Below, in pieces: positions 48,041-58,405 of a DNA stretch of 64,000 nucleotides. The stretch is from an uncultured Candidatus Bathyarchaeia archaeon. Lineage in GTDB: Archaea; Thermoproteota; Bathyarchaeia; 40CM-2-53-6; DTDX01. Both the position numbers and the translations under genes were made by a program. The notes beneath the pieces were generated by a model. It was not told where the DNA came from and made no database searches. It saw only the letters and a program-made list of their open reading frames with translations. The DNA lies in NCBI GenBank assembly GCA_964608455.1, contig CAZSNM010000004.1, positions 1,623-65,622 on the forward strand, read 5' to 3'. Position 1 is the stretch's first letter. Every line of letters begins with the position of its first letter.

Positions 48041-48792
48041 GTTTTAATAACTACTATTGGAATATAAATTTCTTTTGAATTATGTGGAGGATGATCTCCG
48101 CAAATTATTATTAAACTTTTTGGTTTACAAGAATTAAAAATACTTACAATATTTTTATTAACTATCTCAACTGTTTTAACGTTATAACCTAATTTATCTA
48201 AAATTCTAAAGTGAGCAATTATTAAATTACATTCTTCATTTAAGGCTTCTAAAGTTTTCTCTTTAACTTCATTATCAAACTCAATAATGTTTTCTCTATT
48301 CTTTATAGGTTTAATCAAGTTTATGCGATTTTTAAAGGTTAATGCTCCTTTCTCCTCCATTATTACAGCTGTTTTAAAGCCTAAAGTTGAAGCCGCCTCC
48401 AGTATAGATTTAAATTTGCTTTTATAAACATCTTCTGTTTGATACACTTTATGGTTTTCAGGTTTTTTCCCAGATAAAATTGAGGCTATAGCTGGTGTAG
48501 TTTTATCAGCATTAATTTTACATTTATATACTTTCTCATTCTTAATAGTTGAATTAAAAAAGTTTAACCAATTAAGATACTGAGAATAACCTAAGCTATC
48601 TATAATTAAAAGAATTATTTTAATGCATTTTTTACCATACTTTACTATTTCAGATATTGGTTTACCATCCGCTTGAAATGGTATCTCAAGCATTTCAGCA
48701 ATTGTTGGAGCTATATCTATTTGCTCTATCAATTGTTTAATCCTTTTTAATTTTAACCACATATTTTGAAAATAATATTTTAAAATCTTCAT
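48037..48792 (-). CDS. Alkaline-phosphatase-superfamily protein (type I phosphodiesterase/nucleotide pyrophosphatase-like)
   Basis: LLIIDSLGY (metal-site Asp), TTPAIASILSGKKPENHKV (nucleophile Thr region) and CGDHPPH. The start is uncertain: the ATGs at 48792 and 48762 overlap the upstream gene, while the TTG at 48732 does not. Confidence 0.55.
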   Translation of the reverse strand: MKILKYYFQNMWLKLKRIKQLIEQIDIAPTIAEMLEIPFQADGKPISEIVKYGKKCIKIILLIIDSLGYSQYLNWLNFFNSTIKNEKVYKCKINADKTTPAIASILSGKKPENHKVYQTEDVYKSKFKSILEAASTLGFKTAVIMEEKGALTFKNRINLIKPIKNRENIIEFDNEVKEKTLEALNEECNLIIAHFRILDKLGYNVKTVEIVNKNIVSIFNSCKPKSLIIICGDHPPHNSKEIYIPIVVIKT

Positions 48793-49675
48793 CAGTTAGT
48801 ATTGGTCTTCCATCTATAGAAATTGATTGTTTTGCTGGAGGAAAATTTTTATAATTTTGTAATCTTTCTTCAAATCTATCTTCAAAAGTTGATGCGTAAG
48901 GATTTCTATAAAACACTCCTATAGGTATTTTATCATCCGGCTCTATTGCTTTTTTAAATGAGGAAGAAAGCTTTTCATTAATTTCACTTAAGTTTTTAAC
49001 TGTTGGGTCCCATCCATCATCTTCAAGTTTATAAACTTTTTCAGAATAGAATTTAGCTGTATAAATATTATTATATGTTACGCATGGTTGAAGAACTTCT
49101 ATAAATGATGCGCCTTTATGAAGTATAGCGGTTTTAATAAGCTCTTTTAAATGCTCAGGTTGCATAGCATAACCTCTAGCTACAAATGTATATCCTGAGG
49201 CTAAAGCTAAACAAATAGGGTTTAAAGCGTCTTGCAAATTTGGTTTAATTAAAGCTTTTGTTTTTATACCTCGAGGTAAAGTAGGTGAAGCTTGTCCCTT
49301 AGTAAGACCGTAAACTCCGTTATTATGCATAATAACTGTCACATCTATATTTCTCCTTCCTAAAGCTACAAAATGTCCCATACCTATACCAAATATGTCT
49401 CCATCACCTCCATGAACAACTACTGTAAGTTCAGGATTTGCAAGTTTTATTCCAGTTGCAAAAGGTATTGCTCTTCCATGAAGAGAATAAACACCGCTTA
49501 CACTTACAAAATATGGCATTTTACCTGAGCATCCTATTCCTGAAACAACTATTGTTTTTTCAGGCGCAAGATTTAATTCGTTAAATGCCTTATATAAGGC
49601 TAGCAAAATTCCAAAGTTTCCGCAACCAGGGCACCAATCTACCCATATACCGCTTTTATATTTGTTAAGCTCCAT
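48737..49675 (-). CDS. 2-oxoacid:ferredoxin oxidoreductase, beta subunit (TPP-binding)
   Basis: WCPGCGNFGIL and the TPP motif GGDGD...NNGVYGLTKGQ. Confidence 0.9.
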   Translation of the reverse strand: MELNKYKSGIWVDWCPGCGNFGILLALYKAFNELNLAPEKTIVVSGIGCSGKMPYFVSVSGVYSLHGRAIPFATGIKLANPELTVVVHGGDGDIFGIGMGHFVALGRRNIDVTVIMHNNGVYGLTKGQASPTLPRGIKTKALIKPNLQDALNPICLALASGYTFVARGYAMQPEHLKELIKTAILHKGASFIEVLQPCVTYNNIYTAKFYSEKVYKLEDDGWDPTVKNLSEINEKLSSSFKKAIEPDDKIPIGVFYRNPYASTFEDRFEERLQNYKNFPPAKQSISIDGRPILTDEDFKILFSKYVVKIKKD

Positions 49676-51605
49676 ATGAAAGCACCACTCTTTCTTCTTT
49701 TTCTTTAATTATTTTTTCTATGGCTTGAACAGCCTCATTGAGGTAAATTGGTCTTCCAGTATATTTTACTATGCTTTTTTCTATTGATATTCCTGTGTTG
49801 AGTTTAATAAGTTTACCAGATTGAGCAAGATAATTATGTTCAATTAATATTTTTTCTCCTTTAGATTCCTCTATTATTGATTTAACATAGTTTGATGGAA
49901 ATGGAGAAAACATTTTTAAATGCAGATATGCCCCCTTCAAACCTTTTTCATTAAGTTTTTTAATAGCTTCAAGTGAAACTCCTTTAGCGAAACCCCACCC
50001 TATAAGAATAAATTCAGCATCTTTTGTTCCATAGTATACAGCTCTTTTTTCCTGAGGAATTTCTTTGTTTGCTAACTCAAGTTTTTCCATTCTTTTTTCA
50101 TACATAATTTTTCTATTAATAGAGTCTTCAACTGTATGTCCATATTCATCTTTTTCTTCTCCACCATACCACATGACTGCACTTCCAAGAAAAGCCCTTG
50201 GTGAAATCAATTCTGAAGTATTAAATCTTTTATAATCCTTAGTTTTAAAGGAAAGTTTTCCCCTCTCTATTTTTAAATTTGAAATTTTAGGAACATTTAT
50301 CGTAGCTATTGAGTTTGCAAGAAATTTATCCAATAGGTGAATTACTGGAATTTGATATTTTTCAGCTAGATTAAAGGCCTCTATTGCATCATAAAAAGCT
50401 TCAATATGATCTCCAGAAGCAAGAATAATTCTTGGAAATTCTCCATGAGAAGCAAAGGAAACAAAAAGCAGATCGCTTTGAGATCCTCTAGTGGGCTGAC
50501 CTGTGCTTGGTCCTCCCCTTTGATAATATGTTATCACAATTGGTACATCATTCATACCCGCCCAACCTAATCCTTCAACCATTAAGCTAAATCCAGGTCC
50601 ACTTGTAGCTGTTGCACTTCTAGCACCAGTTAAAGCTGCGCCTATAGCTGAAGCTAAAGCAGCTATTTCATCTTCTGTTTGAATAACTATAATTGAACCA
50701 ATAAGTCTATCGTTAACATTAATTTTTTCAAAAGATTCTATAAAAAAGCTTTCATCAGCTGCCGGGGTTATTGGATAATAGCTTTGAAACCTTAATCCCC
50801 CAACTATTTTACCCATAGCTACAATATCATTACCGCTTGCAACAATAAATTCGCTTTGATTAATTTTAGGTAAATCAAACTCAATAGGGATATAATGGTT
50901 TTTAACGGCTTCCGCTGTATAGTTAGAAATAAACATGTTTTGCTCAATTAAATCAGGTTTATTCATAAACAATCTTTTTAATCCAAAATTTACGCTTTCT
51001 TCATCAAGTTTTAAAAGTCCTGCTATAGCACCTACAATTATAGCGCTTACATATCTTGCTGCTTGAGAAGCTGAAAGTTTAAATTTTTTAGCAGCTTCAG
51101 CAAGAATGCTTTGATAGTTAAGAGCAACAGGAGTTACTCCCTTATCTCTTAAATAGCTTATTAAAGAATTTAATGAACCGTCTAAATTAAGCTTTGCTAA
51201 ATTCTTAATAAGTCTTTGTTTAAGAGGGGGATCAATACTAGGTATATTTTTTATATGCTCATCTAAAACATTTTCATTATAAACTAAATATCCATTTTCA
51301 TCTAAATCATTAAAATGTGTAAAAATTGTTTCAGCATCTATTGCTCCAATTACTTGAGCTGGATAAGTTAAGGCTAGTGGAATTTCTTCTGAAGAAATTT
51401 TAAAATGAATATAGCTATGTTTCCCTTTTATATTTGAAAAATATTCCCTATCAGAAATCACACCATAACCTAAATAAGCAAATGCTGAAGTTAAAATTTG
51501 AGCACTTGAATCTAATCCTGCGCCTTGAGGACCACCAAGTAAAATAGTTAACTCTTTTATAGGTTTATTAATCAGCTGAAGGCGCCTCCTCAGAAGCAAC
51601 TTCAT
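49665..51605 (-). CDS. 2-oxoacid:ferredoxin oxidoreductase, fused gamma-alpha subunit (two-subunit archaeal type)
   Basis: An N-terminal gamma-like domain (GGPQGAGLDS) is fused to an alpha domain (YYPITPA, GGPSTGQPT), about 640 aa in total. The true start is probably downstream of 51605. Confidence 0.9.
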   Translation of the reverse strand: MKLLLRRRLQLINKPIKELTILLGGPQGAGLDSSAQILTSAFAYLGYGVISDREYFSNIKGKHSYIHFKISSEEIPLALTYPAQVIGAIDAETIFTHFNDLDENGYLVYNENVLDEHIKNIPSIDPPLKQRLIKNLAKLNLDGSLNSLISYLRDKGVTPVALNYQSILAEAAKKFKLSASQAARYVSAIIVGAIAGLLKLDEESVNFGLKRLFMNKPDLIEQNMFISNYTAEAVKNHYIPIEFDLPKINQSEFIVASGNDIVAMGKIVGGLRFQSYYPITPAADESFFIESFEKINVNDRLIGSIIVIQTEDEIAALASAIGAALTGARSATATSGPGFSLMVEGLGWAGMNDVPIVITYYQRGGPSTGQPTRGSQSDLLFVSFASHGEFPRIILASGDHIEAFYDAIEAFNLAEKYQIPVIHLLDKFLANSIATINVPKISNLKIERGKLSFKTKDYKRFNTSELISPRAFLGSAVMWYGGEEKDEYGHTVEDSINRKIMYEKRMEKLELANKEIPQEKRAVYYGTKDAEFILIGWGFAKGVSLEAIKKLNEKGLKGAYLHLKMFSPFPSNYVKSIIEESKGEKILIEHNYLAQSGKLIKLNTGISIEKSIVKYTGRPIYLNEAVQAIEKIIKEKEERVVLSYGA

Positions 51606-51897
51606 CGCTTAAAAAATCTAAACCAATTTGATCCATTAAATGGTTTTTAAGCTCTTCAAGAGAGTATATCGGTTTTTTGCAAGTTAAACAATATAACCAA
51701 CCCTTTTTAAGAAAAATTTTTTCTAACTCTCTTAAATTAACTTTTTTAAAGCTTTCGCAAGGTTTATCGCTGTATGAAACTGTAAGTAAATCTTTTTTGG
51801 TACATAAGCCTAAATAGCCATAAACATCGTGCGCTAAGAAATAAATGCATTTTTTGCAAAAATCTTCCTTACCTATTTTCAACTTTCTCCCCTCCAT
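51568..51897 (-). CDS. Small Cys-rich protein (putative zinc-binding), hypothetical
   Basis: CKKC...C...C...CLTC pattern and an acidic C-terminus. Lies directly upstream of, and overlaps, the OFOR alpha ORF. Confidence 0.35.
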   Translation of the reverse strand: MEGRKLKIGKEDFCKKCIYFLAHDVYGYLGLCTKKDLLTVSYSDKPCESFKKVNLRELEKIFLKKGWLYCLTCKKPIYSLEELKNHLMDQIGLDFLSDEVASEEAPSAD

Positions 51898-52015
51898 TGT
51901 TATGCTTATTTTATTTCTTTAAATTTAAACTTTTAATTTTTTTAGAAAAAATAAATTAATTTGCATCATTAAGTTTATTAAGATTTAAATTCCTTTAATT
52001 TTTGAGGTTTAAAAC

Positions 52016-52636
52016 TTGTCAAATTTACTTTTATTTTTACTATCTGTAATTGCAATATCTTTATCTGGTGTTATGACACCAGGTCCAATGTTTGCTGTTA
52101 CTGTTACTAAAGGAAAATTTGATGAAAATGCAGGTTTATACATTGCTTTAGGGCATGGGATTATTGAAATTCCATTAATTGTGTTAATCTATTTTGGTTT
52201 CTCTCAATTTTTCACTTATGAATTGATTAAAAAATTAATTGGTTTTATTGGAGGTATGATGCTTCTTTACATGGGTTATTCAATGTTTAAAACTCGGAAA
52301 CACGTAAAGGAAAAAATTTTAAGTTTTAATTATAACTCTTTAATTGCGGGGGCTGTGGCTACAGGAGCGAATCCTTATTTTCTTCTTTGGTGGGCTACAA
52401 TTGGTGCAGCTTTAGTTTTTAACGCAACAAACTATGGTTTATTTGGTTTAATTATTTTTGCATTAACTCATTGGATGTGCGATTTAACTTGGGATTTACT
52501 AATTTCAAAAATTGTTTATAAATCTAAGCGGTTTTGCAACGAAAAAATTTATGAGGTAATCTTTACATTTTGTGCTTTAATTCTTTTCAGTTTTGGTTTA
52601 TGGTTTATAATAAGCTCCCTAAACATTGTCATTTAA
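52016..52636 (+). CDS. LysE/RhtB family amino-acid exporter
   Basis: Six-TM protein of about 206 aa. The N-terminus TPGPMFAVTV and the internal NPYFLLWWATIGA are family-typical. Confidence 0.7.
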   Translation: MSNLLLFLLSVIAISLSGVMTPGPMFAVTVTKGKFDENAGLYIALGHGIIEIPLIVLIYFGFSQFFTYELIKKLIGFIGGMMLLYMGYSMFKTRKHVKEKILSFNYNSLIAGAVATGANPYFLLWWATIGAALVFNATNYGLFGLIIFALTHWMCDLTWDLLISKIVYKSKRFCNEKIYEVIFTFCALILFSFGLWFIISSLNIVI

Positions 52637-52897
52637 AACAATAACTTTTATGTTATTTTTCTACTTTTAGAATGATTTATGGTTTAAACATAACCTTAAA
52701 AAAGATTTTTAATTGTTGTATGCTCTTTTTCAATTTCAATAAAAGAAATTTTAAGAAAATTCTATTTTCTATTGTTTTAATTTTTAATTATCATTAAAAT
52801 GCTTGATTTTCTCTAAATTGTATGAGTAAAATGATAATGGAAAAACCTTAAAAAATCAAATTAATAAAAAACAATGTGATAAAATGGAGGAAAGAAA

Positions 52898-53905
52898 ATG
52901 ATTAAGGAAATAATTGTATCGCCTAAAGATTATCTAAAGCTTGGTTTAAGCAAAGTTAAACTTGTTTGGATGCTTAAAAAAATGATGGAAATAAGGTTTT
53001 TTGAAGAGAAGGTTGAAGAGCTTTATTTAATGAAGGGTTTAATAACTGGGCCTGCGCATTTATATTTTGGTGAAGAAGCTGTAGCTGTTGGAGTTTGTTC
53101 AGCTTTAGAAAATGGGGATTTAATAATAAGCAATCATAGAGGGCATGGTCATGCATTAGCTAAAGGTATACCGATGAAAGAAGTTATGGCTGAATTATTT
53201 GGTAAAGCTTCAGGAACATGCAAAGGTTTAGGCGGTTCAATGCATGTTGCTATATCGCCTGAAAGAGGAAGCCTTTTCGCTTCAGCTATAGTTGGAAGCG
53301 GAATTCCAATAGCTGTAGGCGTAGCTTTAGCTTTTAAATATGAAAAATCCGACAGGATTGTAGTAACGTTTTTTGGAGATGGCGCAGTTAATACTGGAGC
53401 TTTTCATGAAGGTGTAAACCTTGCAGCTATATGGAAGCTTCCTGTAATACTTGTTTGCGAAAACAACATGTATGCTATAGGGATGAAAGCTGAAAAGGCT
53501 GTAGCCTTAAAAAATCTTGCTGAAAGAGCTTTAGGTTATGGTATATCAGGCTTGATTGTTAATGGAAACGATCCGGTAGCTGTTTGGTTAGCAACTAAAG
53601 AAGCTATTGAAAAAGCTAGAAAAGGTGAAGGTCCAACATTTCTCGAATGTAAAACTTATAGGCTTAAAGGTCATGGAATTTATGATCAAGCTAAGTATAG
53701 ACCAAAAGAAGAGGTTGAAGCTTGGCTTAAAAAAGACCCAATTATTAACTTTAAGAAGAATCTTATTGAGCTTAATGTTTTATCTGAATCTGATATTCAA
53801 GCCTTAGAAAATGAAATAAAACGTGAATTAGAGGAAGCTGTTGATTTCGCTCAAAAAAGTCCAATTCTTCCATTTGAAGAATTAAAAAACTATGTTTATG
53901 CTTAA
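52898..53905 (+). CDS. pdhA: 2-oxoacid (pyruvate/branched-chain) dehydrogenase E1 alpha subunit
   Basis: TPP motif GDGAVNTGAFHEGVNLAAIWKLPVILVCENNMYA. Confidence 0.9.
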   Translation: MIKEIIVSPKDYLKLGLSKVKLVWMLKKMMEIRFFEEKVEELYLMKGLITGPAHLYFGEEAVAVGVCSALENGDLIISNHRGHGHALAKGIPMKEVMAELFGKASGTCKGLGGSMHVAISPERGSLFASAIVGSGIPIAVGVALAFKYEKSDRIVVTFFGDGAVNTGAFHEGVNLAAIWKLPVILVCENNMYAIGMKAEKAVALKNLAERALGYGISGLIVNGNDPVAVWLATKEAIEKARKGEGPTFLECKTYRLKGHGIYDQAKYRPKEEVEAWLKKDPIINFKKNLIELNVLSESDIQALENEIKRELEEAVDFAQKSPILPFEELKNYVYA

Positions 53906-53935
53906 CAGCATAAAAAAAGGAGGGAAAAGAAAACC

Positions 53936-54913
53936 TTGAGAGAATTAACTTATGCTGAAGCCATAAGAGAAGCTTTAAGAAACGCGTTAATTAAAAATCC
54001 TAAGGTTTTTCTTATAGGTGAAGATATAGGAGCTTATGGTGGAGCCTTTAAAATTACTAATGGCTTTCTTGAAGAGTTTGGTCCTGAAAGAGTTAGAGAT
54101 ACCCCAATATCTGAAGCAGCTATTGTTGGAGCAGCTATAGGTGCAGCTTTAATGGGTTTAAAACCAATAGCCGAAATAATGTATATGGATTTTATCCCTA
54201 TTTGTTTGGAGCAGCTAGCTAATCAAGCTGCAAAAATAAGGTTTATGAGCGGGGGAAAACTTAAAGTTCCAATAATTGTTAGAACTCAATATAGCCTTGG
54301 AAGAGCCCATGGAGCACAGCATTCACAGTTTCTTCCAGCTTGGTTCTTTCAAGTTCCAGGTTTAAAAGTAGTACTTCCATCAACTCCATATGACGCTAAA
54401 GGCTTGCTTAATCAAGCTTTAAAAGAAGAGAACCCAGTGCTTTATATTGAATGCAGCCTTCTTTATAGAGTTAAAGGGCCTGTTCCAGAAGAAGAATATT
54501 CTATACCTTTTGGAAAAGCTGATATAAAAAAAGAGGGGGAAGATGTTACTGTTGTTGCCATTTCAAGAATGGTTCATGAAGCCTTAGCTGCAGCTAAAAC
54601 CCTTGAAGAAAATGGTTTAAGTGTTGAAGTAATAGATCCAAGAACAATTCAACCATTGGATATAGAAACAATAGTGAATTCTGTTAAAAAAACAGGAAGA
54701 GTTGTAATTGCTGAGGACGATCATAAAACAGGTGGTATAGGCGCTGAAATAGCAGCTTCAATAATTGAAAATGCCTTTGATTATCTTGATGCTCCAATAA
54801 CTAGGGTAGCTTCACCAGATATACCTATTCCTTTCTCTCCTCAACTTGAACTGGAATATATGCCTAATAAGAATAAATTAATTCAAGCCATAAACTCTAT
54901 TTTTAAAGGTTAA
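53936..54913 (+). CDS. pdhB: 2-oxoacid dehydrogenase E1 beta subunit
   Basis: Transketolase-like pyrimidine-binding and C-terminal domains (GEDIGAYGGAFKIT, RDTPISEAA). AAGGAGGG lies upstream of the TTG start. Confidence 0.9.
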   Translation: MRELTYAEAIREALRNALIKNPKVFLIGEDIGAYGGAFKITNGFLEEFGPERVRDTPISEAAIVGAAIGAALMGLKPIAEIMYMDFIPICLEQLANQAAKIRFMSGGKLKVPIIVRTQYSLGRAHGAQHSQFLPAWFFQVPGLKVVLPSTPYDAKGLLNQALKEENPVLYIECSLLYRVKGPVPEEEYSIPFGKADIKKEGEDVTVVAISRMVHEALAAAKTLEENGLSVEVIDPRTIQPLDIETIVNSVKKTGRVVIAEDDHKTGGIGAEIAASIIENAFDYLDAPITRVASPDIPIPFSPQLELEYMPNKNKLIQAINSIFKG

Positions 54914-54932
54914 ATGTGAGGGAAAGTTAAAA

Positions 54933-56138
54933 ATGCATAAAATTATAATTCCAAGATTTGATCCAGCTATGAAGACTGGAAGAATAATTAAATGGTTAAA
55001 AAGTGAAGGTGAAACTGTAAATAAAGGGGAACCCTTACTTATTGTTGAAGGAGAGAAAACAGTTTTTGAAGTTGAAGCCCCTGCAAATGGAATTTTAAAG
55101 AAAATCCTTTATCAAGCAGGATCTGAAGTTGAAGTTTTAAAGCCCATAGCTTTAATTGGCGAGGCTAATGAACCTATTCCCCAAGAATTAATAGAAGAAA
55201 TTGAAGAGAAAGTTAAATCTGAAATTAAAGCTGAAATAATTGAGAAACCTAAAATTGAAAAACCCTTCATAAAAACTGTTGAACGCGTTAAAGCTAGTCC
55301 ATTAGCTAAAAAATTAGCTGAAGAATATGGAATAAACATAGAGGAAATTAAGGGAACTGGACCTGGCGGAAGAATAACTAAAGAAGATGTTTTAAACGCA
55401 ATTAAAAAAGCTTCTTTAAAGCCTACCTTCGCTGAAGCTTCTATATCTGGTTTAAAACCTATTCCCATAGCCAAAACAATTCCCTTATCCAGAATAAGAA
55501 AAACCATAGCGGAAAGATTGGTTTACAGCCTTCATAAAGCAGCTTCAACAACAATAATTACATCGGTTAATTTAGAAAACCTTCTTAAATATAGGGAAGA
55601 AATTAAATCTTCTTTAAGCGAAGTTTCTTTAACCGCCTTTATAGTTAAAGCTACAGCTAAAGCTTTGGAAGCCCACCCAATATTTAATTCAACTTTAAAT
55701 GAAGAAGAAATTAAAATTTTTGAGGATATAAATATAGCTTTAGCAATTCATACTGAAGATGGATTAGTCACACCAGTTATTAAAAATGCAAATAAAAAAT
55801 CCATAATTGAAATTTCAAATGAAATTAAAGAGCTTACAAATAAAGCTTTTCAACGTAAATTATCAATTGATGAACTTACAGGCGGAACATTTACAATTAC
55901 AAATTTAGGAGCTTACGATGTTGAATTGTTTATTCCAATAATTAATCCTCCTCAAACAGGAATATTAGGGGTTGGAAAAATAGAGAAAAAACCTATAGTA
56001 ATAAATGATCAAATATTAATCAAACCAACAGTAGCTTTAACATTGGTTTTTGATCATAGAGTGGTTGATGGAGTTCCAGCTGTAAAATTTCTTCAGGAAA
56101 TAAAACATTTTCTTGAAGATCCAAAAGAACTTAATTAA
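54933..56138 (+). CDS. pdhC: Dihydrolipoamide acyltransferase E2
   Basis: Lipoyl domain (VEGEKTVFEVEAP), a peripheral-subunit-binding domain (ASPLAKKLAEEYGINIEEIKGTGPGGRITKEDV), and a catalytic domain with DHRVVDG. Confidence 0.9.
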   Translation: MHKIIIPRFDPAMKTGRIIKWLKSEGETVNKGEPLLIVEGEKTVFEVEAPANGILKKILYQAGSEVEVLKPIALIGEANEPIPQELIEEIEEKVKSEIKAEIIEKPKIEKPFIKTVERVKASPLAKKLAEEYGINIEEIKGTGPGGRITKEDVLNAIKKASLKPTFAEASISGLKPIPIAKTIPLSRIRKTIAERLVYSLHKAASTTIITSVNLENLLKYREEIKSSLSEVSLTAFIVKATAKALEAHPIFNSTLNEEEIKIFEDINIALAIHTEDGLVTPVIKNANKKSIIEISNEIKELTNKAFQRKLSIDELTGGTFTITNLGAYDVELFIPIINPPQTGILGVGKIEKKPIVINDQILIKPTVALTLVFDHRVVDGVPAVKFLQEIKHFLEDPKELN

Positions 56139-56291
56139 TTTTTTAAAATAATGATGTTTTTCATACTAGATTATTGATGGGATAATTTTAAAATTAAATT
56201 ATAATACTTATAATAACTTTTAAAACTTACTATAGCAACGTAAGCTTTAAATTTTTAAAATGTTATTTAATCAATTGAATGGTGATAAAAC

Positions 56292-57098
56292 TTGTGGAAT
56301 ATTTTCTTTCAAATAGGATTGATTGATATTTTTCTAGGGTTAATTGCATTCATAATATTAATTTCAATTTTATCTTCAGCCATTAAGGTTGTTAGAGAAT
56401 ATGAAAGAGGTGTAATTTTTAGGCTTGGACGATTAATTGGTGCTAAAGGTCCAGGTCTCTTTTTTATAATACCAATAGTTGATAAATTCATTAAGATCGA
56501 TCTTAGAGTTGTAGCTTTTGATGTTCCAAAACAAAGAGTGATAACCAAAGATAATGTTAGCGTTGATGTTGATGCAGCAGTTTACTATAGAGTTTTTGAT
56601 CCAGCCAAGGCTGTTGTTCAAGTTGAAGATTACTTTAGAGCAACCAACTTATTAGCTCAAACAACTCTTAGAGATGTTTTAGGGCAGGTAGAGCTTGACG
56701 AATTATTAACTAAAAGAGAAGAGTTAAGCAAAAAAATTGGTGAAATATTGGACACTTACACTGATCCATGGGGAATAAAAGTTGTTGCTGTAGCTATAAA
56801 AGATGTAAGTATGCCTGAAACTATGCTTAGAGCCATAGCTAAACAAGCTGAGGCTGAAAGAGAAAAAAGATCTAGAATTATTGTAGCTGAAGGTGAATAT
56901 ATAGCTGCTGAAAAAATTGCTGCTGCAGCTAAAAGATATATAGAAAGCCCATTAGCATTAAGATTAAGAGAACTTCAAACTTTAACTGAAATTGCTAGGG
57001 AGAAAAATTTAGTTGTTGTAACAACAACTACGGAGGCAACTGATATAGGTAAATTGGCAGCCATGGTTAAAGCTTTACAGGAGAAAGAGATTAAGTGA
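56292..57098 (+). CDS. Stomatin/SPFH (band 7) family protein
   Basis: N-terminal hairpin TM followed by [12 protein letters not shown]...[15 protein letters not shown]. Confidence 0.9.
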   Translation: MWNIFFQIGLIDIFLGLIAFIILISILSSAIKVVREYERGVIFRLGRLIGAKGPGLFFIIPIVDKFIKIDLRVVAFDVPKQRVITKDNVSVDVDAAVYYRVFDPAKAVVQVEDYFRATNLLAQTTLRDVLGQVELDELLTKREELSKKIGEILDTYTDPWGIKVVAVAIKDVSMPETMLRAIAKQAEAEREKRSRIIVAEGEYIAAEKIAAAAKRYIESPLALRLRELQTLTEIAREKNLVVVTTTTEATDIGKLAAMVKALQEKEIK

Positions 57099-58405
57099 AA
57101 AAAACGTTTATCTTCCTATTTTTTGCAGTAATTGTTTTAACTCAATTAAGTTTAGTCTTTACCTATAGTACAAATCAAATTATATTTATTAAAATTGAGG
57201 ATACGATAACTCCCGCTACTAAAGAGTTTATTCAAGAAACTTATGATTTCGCTTTAAGCATTAAAGCTCAAGCAATTATTGTTTTGCTTAATACACCTGG
57301 CGGTCAATTGGATGCAACAATGAAAATAGTTGAAATTATGGATAGATCTGAAATTCCATGGATTATTTATGTTTATCCTGAAGGAAGTAAGGCCTGGTCT
57401 GCTGGAGCATTTATTTTAATGGGTTCTCATATAGCTGTTATGGCACCTTATACAATTGTTGGTTCAGCTCAACCAGTTTCATATTCACCTTTTGAAGGTT
57501 CAATTCCAATAGAAAATGAAAAAATTATTAATGCGTTATCAGCTTTTATAGCTGAAGAAGCTAGAATGCATAATAGAAATGCGACTGCAGCTGAACTTTT
57601 TGTTAAAAAAAACTTAAATTTAAATGCTGATGAAGCTTTAAAATTTAAAGTTATAGATTTTATAGCTTCAGACATAAATGAACTTTTAAAAATTTTAAAT
57701 GGAAAAACTGTTAAAACTGTTAAGGGCTTAACAGTTTTAAATACTGAAAATGCTGTTTTAATTGAGTTTTCTCCAAGCATTAAAATATCATTTTTATCAA
57801 TTGTTTCAAATCCTCTTCTTGCATATATTCTTTTTACACTTGGAGTTTATGGTTTAATTTTTGGTTTAGCAAGTCCAGGATATGGAGCTGAATTGGCTGG
57901 AGCAATAGCTTTAATTCTTGGTTTAATAGGTTTAGGGTTTAATGTTAATTTAGCATCTTTAATTTTAATAGGTTTAGGATTAACTTTAATACTTATTGAA
58001 GCTCATACACCAGGCTTTGGAATTTTTGGAGGAGCTGGTTTAATATGCTTAATTATTGGTAGTTTACTTTTAATTCCATTTAAAGCTGGTGAATGGTTAA
58101 TTTCTCCTGTTTGGTATCAAAGCTTTATAGTCGCAGCACTACTTTTTACAGTTTTTGCAGGCGGTTTTATGGCTTTTTCAGTTTATAAAGTTTTAAAAGC
58201 TAAACAAAAAAAGCCCTTTATAGGAGAAATTATAGGTGAAACAGTTGATGTAATAGAAGATTTAACTCCTGAAAAAATAGGTTTCATAAGGTATAAAGGA
58301 GAATATTGGCAAGCTAAATCTAAAACCCTTATTAAAGCAGGTTCTAAAGCTTTAGTAGTTAATAAAGAGGGCCCAATATTAATTGTTGAACCTAAACAGT
58401 CTTAA
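57095..58405 (+). CDS. NfeD-family membrane-bound ClpP-class serine protease (stomatin partner)
   Basis: N-terminal ClpP-like domain ([20 protein letters not shown]), a multi-TM middle region, and a C-terminal OB (NfeD) domain. Overlaps the stomatin gene by 4 nt. Confidence 0.85.
   Translation: MKKTFIFLFFAVIVLTQLSLVFTYSTNQIIFIKIEDTITPATKEFIQETYDFALSIKAQAIIVLLNTPGGQLDATMKIVEIMDRSEIPWIIYVYPEGSKAWSAGAFILMGSHIAVMAPYTIVGSAQPVSYSPFEGSIPIENEKIINALSAFIAEEARMHNRNATAAELFVKKNLNLNADEALKFKVIDFIASDINELLKILNGKTVKTVKGLTVLNTENAVLIEFSPSIKISFLSIVSNPLLAYILFTLGVYGLIFGLASPGYGAELAGAIALILGLIGLGFNVNLASLILIGLGLTLILIEAHTPGFGIFGGAGLICLIIGSLLLIPFKAGEWLISPVWYQSFIVAALLFTVFAGGFMAFSVYKVLKAKQKKPFIGEIIGETVDVIEDLTPEKIGFIRYKGEYWQAKSKTLIKAGSKALVVNKEGPILIVEPKQS

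Noticed and set aside
55112-55507. 131-aa antisense ORF inside the E2 gene
   Set aside because: The sense strand carries the E2 linker and subunit-binding domains. The antisense product is low-complexity.
57469-57780. 103-aa antisense ORF inside the NfeD gene
   Set aside because: The sense-strand ClpP-like domain is clear, and nothing supports the antisense product.
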